In this document: positions 1-10,157 of the stretch, piece after piece | Layout: every line of letters starts with the position of its first letter | How positions within the stretch are numbered: the stretch's first letter is position 1 | From: Cyanophora paradoxa CCMP329 | Taxonomy: Eukaryota; Plantae; Glaucophyta | Direction of reading: 5' to 3' | Length of the DNA stretch: 64,000 nt | Assembly: GCA_004431415.1 (NCBI GenBank) | Contig: QPMI01000398.1 | Coordinates: forward strand, 8,431-72,430 | Translations under genes and position numbers: made by a program | The notes under the pieces: generated by a model | What the model was told of the DNA's origin: nothing | Seen by the model: the letters and a program-made list of their open reading frames with translations, nothing else | The model's database searches: none

Positions 1-3000
1 AAAAGTCGTGTGTTGCTCCAAGGTAAATGTGTTAAATATGCGGTGCCTGAATGCATTCCACTGGGTATATTGTATTCAATCCAAGCGGTAGAAGTTTGGT
101 CATCAGTTTCATTATTATGTGCATAACCACCATAACTATAATACGGATCCCATGAGGTGCCTGTCCCAAATGTCCAACTTCCGGAATAGTTATATGGATC
201 ATTTCCCGCAACAGCGCCATCCTCTTCATAAAACTTTGGAATTGAATAACCATGTATTTGTAAATTTGTTGTAGCATTAATAGTGGGTGCTGTAATGGTA
301 TTATTCACCCAAAAGTTACCATTGTTATAAGACTTTAAAATTGCTCCATCTGCTGAGTTTCTGAATTCAATTGACACACCATCACCATTTGGTCTCCCTC
401 GTATATATGTGCAATCGCCACTACCAAACCAAATTCGCTCGACTGCATCTGTTGATTTTAACCATGTGTTAGTTGTCCATTTTGCTGTTGCTGGAAGGTC
501 TGCGGCTGAGTAAAATGATGGTTTACTAAATATATTATCCCAACTTATCAAACCATTCGCGGGCGCTGTTCTACCTACTTCTTTTGTCCATCCAAGCATT
601 CCGATATGAATCCGTCCTTTTTTTGCGAAAATTCCAATATGTGTGAAATTTCCACAAAATACGGATGTCCATAATAAACTCGAATGCCACGCTGTGTCGG
701 CTGTGTTTTGAACATTTTGATACGTATTAACTCTCATTATATAATTCCATCGACCATTGCGATATCCATAAGTATCGAAATATCGCCCATTCGTCCAACA
801 TAAATATTGAATGTGACATGTTTTCATTCCTGCTGGAACTTGACACTGCATATATCCACTGCCGCTTTCATCGTCTGTTTGGTTGCAATAAAAACCCTCT
901 ACTGGGTTATCTGTTGTGGGTTTCCATCCTGTTGTCCAAGCTCCGGCTGGGAATGCTACACCTGTGCTATTCCAACCACTCACCACATCAAACTCTGTAT
1001 ATTTGCCTACATCTGGTTTGAAAGCAATATTATCATAATGAACTAAACCAACATCATTATCTGTTGCCCTCTGTCTGCTCCAACCGAAAACCCCTGTAAG
1101 ATGAATGCGACCTATTCGCCCTTGAACATAAATATACTTGTAAAACTCGCAATTAATTGATACAAACAAGATAGTATTATTTGTCCCATCATGATTTACT
1201 GACTGTATTCCTTGATAATCGTTTACACGTTTTAAGAAATGCTGATTGTTATTGAGAGTCTGACCATAGATATCAAAATATCTGCCATTATACCAAGGCA
1301 TATGCTGAATATAAAATGATTTCATACCTGTGGGGACAGTCCACCTCATAAAACAACCGCTACAATCTTCATCATTTTGTGGTGTTGTATAACATCCTGT
1401 TTGTCCTGTTCTTGGTGACCAATTCAAATTCCAATTATTTGCGCTTCTATCTGTCGAAACAGTATCTAATTGGTCGAATTCGTAACCTTTCGGTATTGTG
1501 GTTCCGCCAATTTGTAAAGTGGTAGCGTTAACGGTTCCGGTGACGGTTCCACCTGTAAGAGGTAAATAATTCGCAAGAGCCGTAGTTAATTCTGCATCCG
1601 TTGTGTAACTGCTTAAATCCGCGGTCGTAAGATATCCTTTATTGGTTAGGTAATCATCTGTGACCACACCTGAAAGGGTTGTATTGTGTAAGTTTTTCGC
1701 CGCCATTCTCTGATTGACTTCTAAGGCGCCACCTGATAACGTTTTAATCCACGCCATCTCACATCTTCCGTGATCATCTGTGGGTCGTCCGGCAAGAGGG
1801 ACATAATTGAATTTTGAACGGGTAAATATAAGTTTGGGCCTTGATGCATCAGTAGCGCTTACATCTGTTACGTTTATCTGTATGGCGGCGTCTTTATCAT
1901 CATATGCTGCTGGATCAGATGGAAGAGCTGGTAAAGTCGATGTAAGAGTTATTTCGTTATCGTAATAACTTGTTAAATAAATACCTGGTTGAGTGTCCAT
2001 TAAACCAAAATTTCCGCCTGCTGCAACTACCTGTGTTCTTGTAGGTGGACGAATATATAATTCACCTTCCATAGTTGTGCCTGCATCTATTCCTTTTCGA
2101 TTCACGTAATATGCACTTAATAGTAATCTTTCTGCGATGTTAATGTTTTGGTAGAGACTCACACCATTTGTCCCATCATTCATAACATTTCCTGCTGATG
2201 CAAAAGTAGGCTGTTGATCTATTTCGTCCCAATCGTGCCTGTGTGTCGATGGTGTAAACGTCAGAGGGACGTTATCAATTTCTCCCCAATCGTGCCTATG
2301 GGCGCTGGGTGGAAACGTTAAAGGCACATTATCGAGATCGCCCCAATCGTGACGATGTAAAGCTGGTGGAAACGTTAAAGGCACATTATCGAGATCTCCC
2401 CAATCGTGCCTGTGTAAATCTGGTGGAAATGTTAAAGGTACGTTATCGAGATCTCCCCAATCGTGCCTGTGTAAATCTGGTGGAAATGATAAAGGTACGT
2501 TATCAAGATCTCCCCAATCGTGCCTGTGTAAATCTGGTATAAATGTTAAAGGTACGTTATCAAGATCTCCCCAATCGTGCCTATGGTCTTCTGGTGGGAA
2601 TGTTTCGGGTTGATCTGGGATATTCTCCCATCTAAAATAATCTTCTGTTACCACTCTTGAAATATTTTCGTTGTGAATGTTTTTCGCTGCTGCTCTTTGA
2701 TTGATTTCTAAAAGACCCTCAGGAACCCCACCATTATAATTTGTTTTTATCCATGCTACCTCACACTGTTTATAATCGTCACGATTTCCTAAAAGGGTTT
2801 CTGCTGCGAGTTGTTCACGACTGAATATAAGTTTTGGTCTTGATCCGTCCAAATCGCTAACATTTGTTACATTAATTTGTATAGTGGCGTTATGGTTTGC
2901 ATAATTGACTGGATCAGATGGGAGAGGTGGCAAACCCATAGTCATCGGGATATCATCAGCGTAATAACTGGTTAGATAGATTCCTGGTTTATTCTCTTTA

Positions 3001-4529
3001 ACTTCTACACCTCCACCTGCTGCGATCAATTCAATTCTTCTGGGAGGTCTAATATATATTTCGCCTTCCATTGTGGTGCCTGCATCAATTCCTTTTCGAT
3101 TCAGGTAATATTCACTTAAAAGTAATCTTTGTTCGATGTTAATATTTTGGTAGAGACTCACACCATTTGTCCCATCAGTTAAAACATTACCTGTTGATGC
3201 AAAGGTAGGCTGTAAATCGATTTCGTCCCAATTATGCCTATGGTCTTCTGGTGGAAACTGCTCTGGTATTCCATCGATATCGCCCCAATCATGCCTATGG
3301 TCTGTGGGTGGAAATCTATCTGGTTTATTATCAATCTCGTCCCAATCATGTCTGTGTTCCTCCGGCGGAAAAGTCTCAGGTTTGTTCGTAATTGATTCCC
3401 AGTCTACGGTGAACTCCAAGGGGAAGCAAATAGGATCAAAGCCGTCTGGAAGCAGCTGCTCATGGGGAATCACAGGCTGCTCGTACTCGAGTTCTTGAAC
3501 ATCTAAGCCATCAGGAAGTAACTGCTCTTCAGGCTCTGTGTATATTTCGAGTGGGAAAACTTCAATATCAGGCGGCAGGTATTCCTCATGTGGATGCTTA
3601 TAGGGTTCTATCACTGGACGATTCCTGACAGCCTCCCATGATATAATATTTTGACCAAATGGGATTGTCTCATCGGCAACTCGCTCTCGACCTGGTCCAT
3701 CCGGCGTTGGCGGCTTTGGTAGCCCTGGAAGAGGTGGTATAGGTGGTATAGGGACAATAGGTCCGAAGTAGTAGTTGAAAATGTTTATTATCTCCGGTTC
3801 AGTGATGACCTTTTTTCCATCTTGGTAAATCGACGTGCCGTGAATATTTCGCCACTGCCTGGTGCGGAGCCCAAGATCGTAGCTGTCATGCAACGCCGGG
3901 AGCAGGTGCCTATCAGCTTCCATCAGGATCGAGCCAAAGGTGCATCCAGGAATATCTAACCTGGTGGCTGGCTCGGTATCGATTTGATTTACATCAAAAC
4001 CGTATAAAATATTTGCTTCTCGTGCAGCTGTAAAACGTAAATCCCAGGGAAACGGCTGGATTTGTGATGCTAGCACTGATATTCCTGCATCTTTGCCAAG
4101 GAGAATTCGCCCTGTAATGTGAGCCGCAGTCTTGTTTGTGACAGCATTGGATTCATCAATTAGGCGTAGAGCTGATGTGTGGACCCCTCTATCATTTTGG
4201 AGCCTAAAGATTAATCTACCAGAATCATACTTGGAAACAGTGCCTGAGGAGGCAATTCGCAGGTGCCGCGGCAACGCCCTGGATCCAATTATTTCAGCAA
4301 CATAGTTCTCAGCTGGACCCAGACAAAATCTCTGTGCGATATTTGGGGCACCGACGTGTGAATTGCGCAGAATTAACGCAGCTGGACGATTAAAAGCGGT
4401 CTGGTGTATATCCTTGTCAGAATTGTAGTCAGCCAAAATGCTCCCGAATACACGGATATTTATAAGCCGATCATCCACGGTATCTGGAGCTTTACGAAGT
4501 GGCACTGGCTTCTTCAAGATGTAGGACAT
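1..4529 (-). CDS. Giant tail-fibre-like virion protein (>1509 aa, C-terminus off window; absent from ORF track)
   Basis: Manual translation from ATG 4529 (MSYILKKPVPLRK...) stays open to position 3 (...HLPWSNTRL), with consistent frame at both ends. Contains fibre-like motifs PALHDSYDLGLRTRQWRNIHG and YLPLTGGTVTG, 19-aa FPPxxHRHDWGDLDNVP repeats, an internally duplicated domain and tandem C-terminal beta-rich domains. Confidence 0.85.
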   Translation of the reverse strand, partial: MSYILKKPVPLRKAPDTVDDRLINIRVFGSILADYNSDKDIHQTAFNRPAALILRNSHVGAPNIAQRFCLGPAENYVAEIIGSRALPRHLRIASSGTVSKYDSGRLIFRLQNDRGVHTSALRLIDESNAVTNKTAAHITGRILLGKDAGISVLASQIQPFPWDLRFTAAREANILYGFDVNQIDTEPATRLDIPGCTFGSILMEADRHLLPALHDSYDLGLRTRQWRNIHGTSIYQDGKKVITEPEIINIFNYYFGPIVPIPPIPPLPGLPKPPTPDGPGRERVADETIPFGQNIISWEAVRNRPVIEPYKHPHEEYLPPDIEVFPLEIYTEPEEQLLPDGLDVQELEYEQPVIPHEQLLPDGFDPICFPLEFTVDWESITNKPETFPPEEHRHDWDEIDNKPDRFPPTDHRHDWGDIDGIPEQFPPEDHRHNWDEIDLQPTFASTGNVLTDGTNGVSLYQNINIEQRLLLSEYYLNRKGIDAGTTMEGEIYIRPPRRIELIAAGGGVEVKENKPGIYLTSYYADDIPMTMGLPPLPSDPVNYANHNATIQINVTNVSDLDGSRPKLIFSREQLAAETLLGNRDDYKQCEVAWIKTNYNGGVPEGLLEINQRAAAKNIHNENISRVVTEDYFRWENIPDQPETFPPEDHRHDWGDLDNVPLTFIPDLHRHDWGDLDNVPLSFPPDLHRHDWGDLDNVPLTFPPDLHRHDWGDLDNVPLTFPPALHRHDWGDLDNVPLTFPPSAHRHDWGEIDNVPLTFTPSTHRHDWDEIDQQPTFASAGNVMNDGTNGVSLYQNINIAERLLLSAYYVNRKGIDAGTTMEGELYIRPPTRTQVVAAGGNFGLMDTQPGIYLTSYYDNEITLTSTLPALPSDPAAYDDKDAAIQINVTDVSATDASRPKLIFTRSKFNYVPLAGRPTDDHGRCEMAWIKTLSGGALEVNQRMAAKNLHNTTLSGVVTDDYLTNKGYLTTADLSSYTTDAELTTALANYLPLTGGTVTGTVNATTLQIGGTTIPKGYEFDQLDTVSTDRSANNWNLNWSPRTGQTGCYTTPQNDEDCSGCFMRWTVPTGMKSFYIQHMPWYNGRYFDIYGQTLNNNQHFLKRVNDYQGIQSVNHDGTNNTILFVSINCEFYKYIYVQGRIGRIHLTGVFGWSRQRATDNDVGLVHYDNIAFKPDVGKYTEFDVVSGWNSTGVAFPAGAWTTGWKPTTDNPVEGFYCNQTDDESGSGYMQCQVPAGMKTCHIQYLCWTNGRYFDTYGYRNGRWNYIMRVNTYQNVQNTADTAWHSSLLWTSVFCGNFTHIGIFAKKGRIHIGMLGWTKEVGRTAPANGLISWDNIFSKPSFYSAADLPATAKWTTNTWLKSTDAVERIWFGSGDCTYIRGRPNGDGVSIEFRNSADGAILKSYNNGNFWVNNTITAPTINATTNLQIHGYSIPKFYEEDGAVAGNDPYNYSGSWTFGTGTSWDPYYSYGGYAHNNETDDQTSTAWIEYNIPSGMHSGTAYLTHLPWSNTRL
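2226..2632 (-). repeat. 57-bp coding tandem repeat x7 (19-aa HRHDW phage-tail-repeat-like unit); 3 more copies at ~3225-3400
   Basis: cccaatcgtg recurs at ~2228, 2284, 2341, 2398, 2455, 2512 and 2569 (period 57); the minus strand encodes HRHDWGDLDNVPLTFPPDL. Confidence 0.95.
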
Positions 4530-4553
4530 TTTTATATAGGCCTCCTTTTAAAA

Positions 4554-6037
4554 ATGAAGGTGATTCTCTCGTTATCAGGTGGAGGTGCTCGTGGCATAAT
4601 TATAACCAGAATTCTGCAACGGATTGAGGCAATCACTGGCAAAGCGATTCCACAACTGTTTGACTTCGTTGCAGGAACGAGTACAGGGGCAATAATAGCG
4701 GCCGGTTTGGCTATCCCATCAACTCCAGGCTCTGTTCTCGCTTACCGATATTCTGCAGGCGATATCTTGAGTCTCTACCAGACAAACCTGCCAGTAATAT
4801 TTGCGAATCCTAGATCGCTAACGAGCCTGCTTGCAGGAAGCCGTTATGATGCAAACCCTCTGGAGTCAGTGCTACTAGACGTTGCCCAGGACTACACAAT
4901 TGCAGAATCAACAAAAGACATATTAATCACAGCATTTGATACAGTTCGGATGCAGCCCGTAGTTTTCACTAAGGATGGGCCATACTCAAGCACCCTGATT
5001 CGTGATGCAGTTAGAGCATCTTCTGCAGCACCTACATTCTTTCCACCGAAGGTGCTAGGAGACAAGAACCTTGTTGATGGGGCCATCGCCTGTTTAAATA
5101 ACCCCTCGGTTGCAGCACTCAGCCATGCCAGCAAAATTTACGATGCAGAAGATCCAATTGTTCTTGTGAGCATCAGCTGCGGAGAGGTTCAAGCTAGCGA
5201 GCAATTGACTGCAGGTTTTTCAAATGCGGAGACGTCAGGCTGGGGCGCCCTGGGCTGGATCCTATCCCTCTCAGGCAGCCCAATTATTTCTATGCTAATG
5301 GCTGGGAGCGAGCTGGAATCCCACTTTCAAATGCAGGAGCTGCTTCCAGTTGATGCAGATAGGAATCTAACTAGGTACTGGCGCTTAAGTGTTCCGCTGC
5401 CAGCTGCAGTCATGAGCAAGCTTGATGATGCATCCCCTCTAATATTTCTTATTTGATTTCCACAACTGACTTATGGCTGAAACAAACTGAAATAAATGCT
5501 AAAATAAATGCACTCTGCAGCTTTCTATTGGCGAACTACGACCTAGTGAACGATGAGAGACTTATCATATCGTCTACCTTAACAGTTGAGCCTCCATTTG
5601 ATGTCAACTGGTTTATAATTCCAGATGCGAATATCACAAGCAACGACTTCGAGGAATTGCACCCACCTTCTCACGTGCGACCCAACTCAACAGGGTTTCA
5701 GGGTGGCACTTTACCTAATCCCTGGATCAAAGTCGAGTTTCCCAAGCCTTTTGAGCTACATCAAATCATTATGTATGGGCCAGCCTTTGCTGCCGGAGTC
5801 CTATTTAATTTCAGCATTCTGACCAACTTAGGATATTTACGAGACGGGTCACTATTTGAGAATACGGTCCTAGCAAATGTGCTTGCTGCAAACCCATCTA
5901 TGACTGGCTTTGATCTAATGCATAGTGACTCGCATTTGATCACCCCACAGGTTTATAACTATGTGCAAATTATAACAAACGAATTTATAAATGTGAATGC
6001 GTTCCGGCTTGATTTCCGGGGACGTTACCTAAACTAA
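4554..6037 (+). CDS. Patatin-like phospholipase with C-terminal discoidin/F5-8C-like domain (one -1 frameshift at C-run 5434-5437; ~494 aa repaired)
   Basis: Motifs LSGGGARG, GTSTG and LVDGA. Adding one C gives LDDASPSNISYLISTTDLWL and joins ORFs 4404-5456 and 5453-6037. NPWIKVEFPKPFELHQIIMYG resembles the F5/8C signature. Likely start is ATG 4554. Confidence 0.85.
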
Positions 6038-6919
6038 AAATTGCAGTTCACCAGACCATGGCAGGCCATTCAGAGAGACGTCATCACCATCTCTGTCGAC
6101 AATGCGCAGTCGCAAAGAGGTCAGCACTAGGCGCTCTTCGATGGGGATCCACTCGCCGTCATTTTCCTGATTTATATAAACGAACTTGCCAACGTCCTGG
6201 CTCATTTGAATTCGAGCGAGCCCATAATTGCACATTGTTTTGGCCCCGCGGCGAAGCTTTGAAGCAAATGGCCGTAGCTCTTCGCAGACAAGAAAGAGGT
6301 ACTGGTCGCTGTTCATGTCGATTATCTTTGGAAATTCGACAGCATAACCAAGTGGCTCACTCCGCATTCTTCCGGTGAAATCAATGCCGTACTCAGGGTG
6401 AGCAGGTGTAACTGGAATGCCAGCAACCTCGAGATACCGCTCAGCTGCAGTTGCTGGTCTTTGCCCCCCTTCAAGCACGATAGGAGACAGCTGGAGAGAC
6501 TCATTTCGGTTCAGCCCAAGCAGATTCGATAGAGCTTTGAACTGGCAGGTCAGTGTGCAGGAACGGCTGCAATAGGCAGACATTTTCAACGTCTCTGGGT
6601 CTCGAAACAATTTGAAATATGCGATTGAGATCCCTTCTAGCCTAATATTAAACGATAGGCCAAAGTTATAAATATCTGTTTCGCCCAGATTTGCAGTAGT
6701 AATTATGCCAGGCTCAAAAACCGCCAGATTTTCTGTCCCAATGTAGGGAAAGGTGATCGAAAGATACTCATCTTTAATGCTGGTGTAAAGGCTGTTTGCG
6801 AACTCACACTGGGTAAGTCGAACAGCAACTGGATTGATTATAGGTTCATTGATTTCGAGCACAAAGTTTGCCTCGGAATCGATTGGCCTTCTGTCTCTGC
6901 TGTCAAAGGTAAGCCGCAT
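6029..6919 (-). CDS. Minor capsid (penton, single jelly-roll) protein 1
   Basis: N-terminal FDSRDR...F.LEI...VRL...EFANSLY and C-terminal LRLRIVDRDGDDVSLNGLPWSGELQF, typical of PLV/NCLDV pentons. Confidence 0.8.
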   Translation of the reverse strand: MRLTFDSRDRRPIDSEANFVLEINEPIINPVAVRLTQCEFANSLYTSIKDEYLSITFPYIGTENLAVFEPGIITTANLGETDIYNFGLSFNIRLEGISIAYFKLFRDPETLKMSAYCSRSCTLTCQFKALSNLLGLNRNESLQLSPIVLEGGQRPATAAERYLEVAGIPVTPAHPEYGIDFTGRMRSEPLGYAVEFPKIIDMNSDQYLFLVCEELRPFASKLRRGAKTMCNYGLARIQMSQDVGKFVYINQENDGEWIPIEERLVLTSLRLRIVDRDGDDVSLNGLPWSGELQFLV

Positions 6920-6946
6920 TTTTATTCTCTAACTGATATAAAAAAG

Positions 6947-7902
6947 ATGCCTACGGACTACGTCTGCATTGCAAGTCACCAAGCGGAGGAGCTGACATCC
7001 ACCTCGAAATTTAAAGTAAGACTGCCTAAAGTTTATCAGGATGTGAAAGCCGTGCGCTTGGTATCAGCTGAGATCCCCAACACAATGAGCACAATTGATG
7101 TACTCGATCCAGCAGAGGATTTGGTCTTTGACACCTACATATATTGGTGCAAATATGATCCTACTAATGAAGGACCCGACCCACCTCAGGCCGGCTTTGG
7201 AGCGTGGAATAACATTGCAATTCCACCTGGAAATTACGACGTCACCTCGCTTGTGACAGAGATAAACGAAAGGTTGACGGGAACAGGTATCACGTGCACG
7301 TATAATTCAGCGATCAAATTAATAGGGTTCACAGCTAACTTCGAGTTCTTTATTGCTCTGATGTTGCCAACGAACCAGGGTGGGCGGGAAGTCAGAAACT
7401 ACCAGGCCGTTGCAAGGGCTCAGCGAACTGCAAAGCTTCTAGGGCTGCGATCAATTCTACCGATTCGGTCAAAGACATTATCTATAAATACTGAATATAT
7501 AGCAGGCGCTTATGAGCCTGATGTCACTCCCGATGATCATGTGCTCCTACGCATTCCTGAAATTGGTGACCTTGTCAGTATGCCAATACTTCAATACCTG
7601 GCTTCTTTGCCAAAATTAGCATTCCAAACAGCCTTCGTCCAGGCGAGATAGCATACTTTGATTCAACTGAAGCAACTCCTTTGTACAAGTATGTTTATTC
7701 AAAGCTGGACCTCTACTCTGTGACTATTGAGATTTACGATTTTATGCAGCGAATCGCTGATTTAAATGGAGCTCCTGTGTCATTTATTCTCGAAATTCGT
7801 TATGGTCCAGACGAACCCAATGGTGATGTTGTCTACGAGCTCGCAAAGCTTCAGCTCCAGAAAAGATCGAAGACATATCCTTGGATCAATTCGTCAAACT
7901 GA
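6947..7902 (+). CDS. Minor capsid (penton) protein 2 (one -1 frameshift between ~7570 and 7597; ~318 aa repaired)
   Basis: FKVRLPKVYQDVKAVRLVSAEIPNT, IAIPPGNY; the -1 frame continues NTSIPGFFAKI...IEIYDFMQRIADLNGAPVSFILEI. Confidence 0.78.
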
Positions 7903-7977
7903 GCTAAGCTCGCGGCACGCAAGCGAGCCTTGGCGAAGCGCCCAAATTATTTTCTTTCACTGCAATTATATAAATCG

Positions 7978-9365
7978 ATGGATGTTACTCAAAATTTGCA
8001 GCGGCTCGGCCTCAAGGAGCTCCTGACAACTCCGCAGGAAGCTAAGGACTTTTTCATGAACAATGAGCTTATGTTAGGTCTAACCAGCCAAACAAAGCCT
8101 GTGCGTGTTGTTGTCAACCCAAGCAATGACTATGGAGACTGCTTCGGAAAGAGGGTTACTTATTTCCTGCCCCGGTACAATTTCCTTCAGGGGCTCGAAC
8201 TGCAGTTCACCCTTCCAGAGTTGACTGCATTTACTGGTGACACTGACCTGGTTCGCACTGGTTATTTGCGATCGGTTGGTGCTCTTGTAAAGCGAATCGA
8301 AATCAAATATGCTTCCTACAGCTACATTGTCCCGAGGACTGGCTTGTTCACAGCGCTCTGATTTTCAATGATGATGCTCAGCTCAAAAAGAAGTACCGAT
8401 CCGGTGGCTGGCTCCATGGAACACCACCTCAGGGGAGCAATCGCGCTGGAGGTATTTTCAGTGTAAAGATCCCCTGCCCCTGGGAGGGCTCAGTGCTTCC
8501 AATTGGTGCGCTATCGGGCGAGGTGTCTGTGGAGGTTTGGTTCCGTGACCGTGCCCAGGGCTTCGTTGAGACCAGCTATGGTGGTAGGTTTGTAGCAGAA
8601 TATGCCGCAAACGGTGATGCCTCTAAAGATGATGGCCTTGGTAGTGTTGGAGCCGCTGCTGCTTCCCCTGCAAACATCGGCCAGAATATAACTCCCAATG
8701 TTCTCAGTGTCACCCCTGCCAATCCGGAGCTTTCGAATCCAAAGATTATTGCTCATTGCATCAACGTTGATGAGGCCACTTTTGCCCAGGTGATTGAGAA
8801 AGTCAAAACGTCTGGAATCGCAATTCCCGCTACCGATGTCGGCTGGGTTGATGCTGATTCAATTACTTATGCTGGTGCGGGAGCGCCCACCCGGATTAAT
8901 CTGTCTCAAATCAGTGGACTTTGCTACGGCCTGTTCGTTAGCATTCGCAAGCAGCCAAACATGAACCAAACTGATGGAAAACACAGTGTCCTCAAAACCG
9001 AGGCTAATGCTCGCGATATCACTATTTCCTGCGAATTGAATGGCCAGAGACTTTATTCAAATGAGCCCGTTCCTCTCCTGCAAGGTGCCGAACTCATCGC
9101 TGATGTCTTCAAGTGCTCCAATCTCGATGCTCCTTTGAATCGATATGTTCTCACTGGTTTGCCATTTTGCATTAGTGGGGATAAATCGATCCGAAATGCT
9201 GCTCAAACTGGTTTCGTAGATCTCACCAACAGCAGCAGCTGCTTCCTGAATATCATGAATCCTGCCGCTTACGATGCAAACAACAAGATTTACGTCCAAA
9301 TTCGCGCTCTCCTGCACACTGTCCTAATTGTTGATGCTGCGGGTCTTCGTAAGGTGAACCTCTAG
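7978..9365 (+). CDS. Double jelly-roll major capsid protein (one -1 frameshift at C-run 8331-8333; ~462 aa repaired)
   Basis: FGKRVTYFLPRYNFLQGLELQFTLPEL and LPIGALSGEVSVEVWFR resemble conserved DJR MCP segments. Adding one C gives VPEDWLVHSALIFND and bridges ORFs 7930-8361 and 8493-9365. Lies between pentons and ATPase. Confidence 0.8.
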
Positions 9366-9416
9366 TCAAAGGGTTGCGGTTGTGATCGCCTGCGAATATC
9401 AGTACTTAATTTTTTG

Positions 9417-10148
9417 ATGGATGAGCTCGCAAAGTTCCAGCCGGGAGTTATGAGGGTTCCCTTCAAGGCCCTGTTTATTTCGAAGTCTAATAGCGGCAAG
9501 TCTTTCTATTGCACAAAGCATCTGCTTCGACTGCTGTATACAAAGATCAATCGCGTCGTAGTGTTTACCGCCACCAAATTCAACGGCGAGTATGCTGGAA
9601 TAACTAATGAGCTTTACGACGATTTTCAGCCATCTATTGTTGCAGAAATCATTGATTCACAGCGAAAGTTGATCGAAAACAAACAGAAAGCGCCGCAGAT
9701 ATTGCTAGTCTTGGATGATCTTGTTGCTGCCTCTGAAACTGTGGATCTGCGAAACAGCAAGACTGTAAATCGACTTTTTACACAAGGTCGTCATTTTAAT
9801 ATCAGTACCATTCTTATGACGCAAAAGCTTACAGCGTTGAGTCAATCTATAAGATCGAACAGCGATTATTGCTTTTTCTTTAGTTATTCAAATCACACCG
9901 AACTTGAGGCAATATATAGAGAGTTTTCTCACCTACCAAAGGATGAGTTTATAGCCATGTTCGAAAAGTGGGCGCATGATTATCAGTGTCTAGTCCTTGA
10001 TGGGACCAAGTACGATACGGCCTGGTACGTTGATAAGGCAGTTGAAGATAAGAGTTTTCGTTTTACAAAATGGCTAAGACAAGAAGAGTCTAAAAAAGAA
10101 GAGTCAACGCCTATTCCCAAAAAGAAGCGTTTTAAATTCTTATCTTAA
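9417..10148 (+). CDS. A32-like (FtsK-HerA) DNA packaging ATPase
   Basis: Walker A-like SKSNSGKS, Walker B LLVLDD, GRHFNI arginine motif, MTQ and IRSNSDY. Confidence 0.93.
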   Translation: MDELAKFQPGVMRVPFKALFISKSNSGKSFYCTKHLLRLLYTKINRVVVFTATKFNGEYAGITNELYDDFQPSIVAEIIDSQRKLIENKQKAPQILLVLDDLVAASETVDLRNSKTVNRLFTQGRHFNISTILMTQKLTALSQSIRSNSDYCFFFSYSNHTELEAIYREFSHLPKDEFIAMFEKWAHDYQCLVLDGTKYDTAWYVDKAVEDKSFRFTKWLRQEESKKEESTPIPKKKRFKFLS

Positions 10149-10157
10149 GAACAGAAG

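Noticed and set aside
2226-2632. 57-bp repeats as a CRISPR array, and the plus-strand ORF 2309-2542
   Set aside because: No unique spacers; the period is a multiple of 3 and encodes the minus-strand fibre repeat; the plus ORF is its shadow.
1650-3235. Duplicated fibre domain as a DGR template/variable repeat pair
   Set aside because: Differences are not adenine-restricted, both copies are in-frame coding, and the only RT in the window is LINE-type.
4404-4553. ORF-track GTG start for patatin
   Set aside because: It overlaps the fibre ORF on the opposite strand; the patatin motif begins right after ATG 4554.
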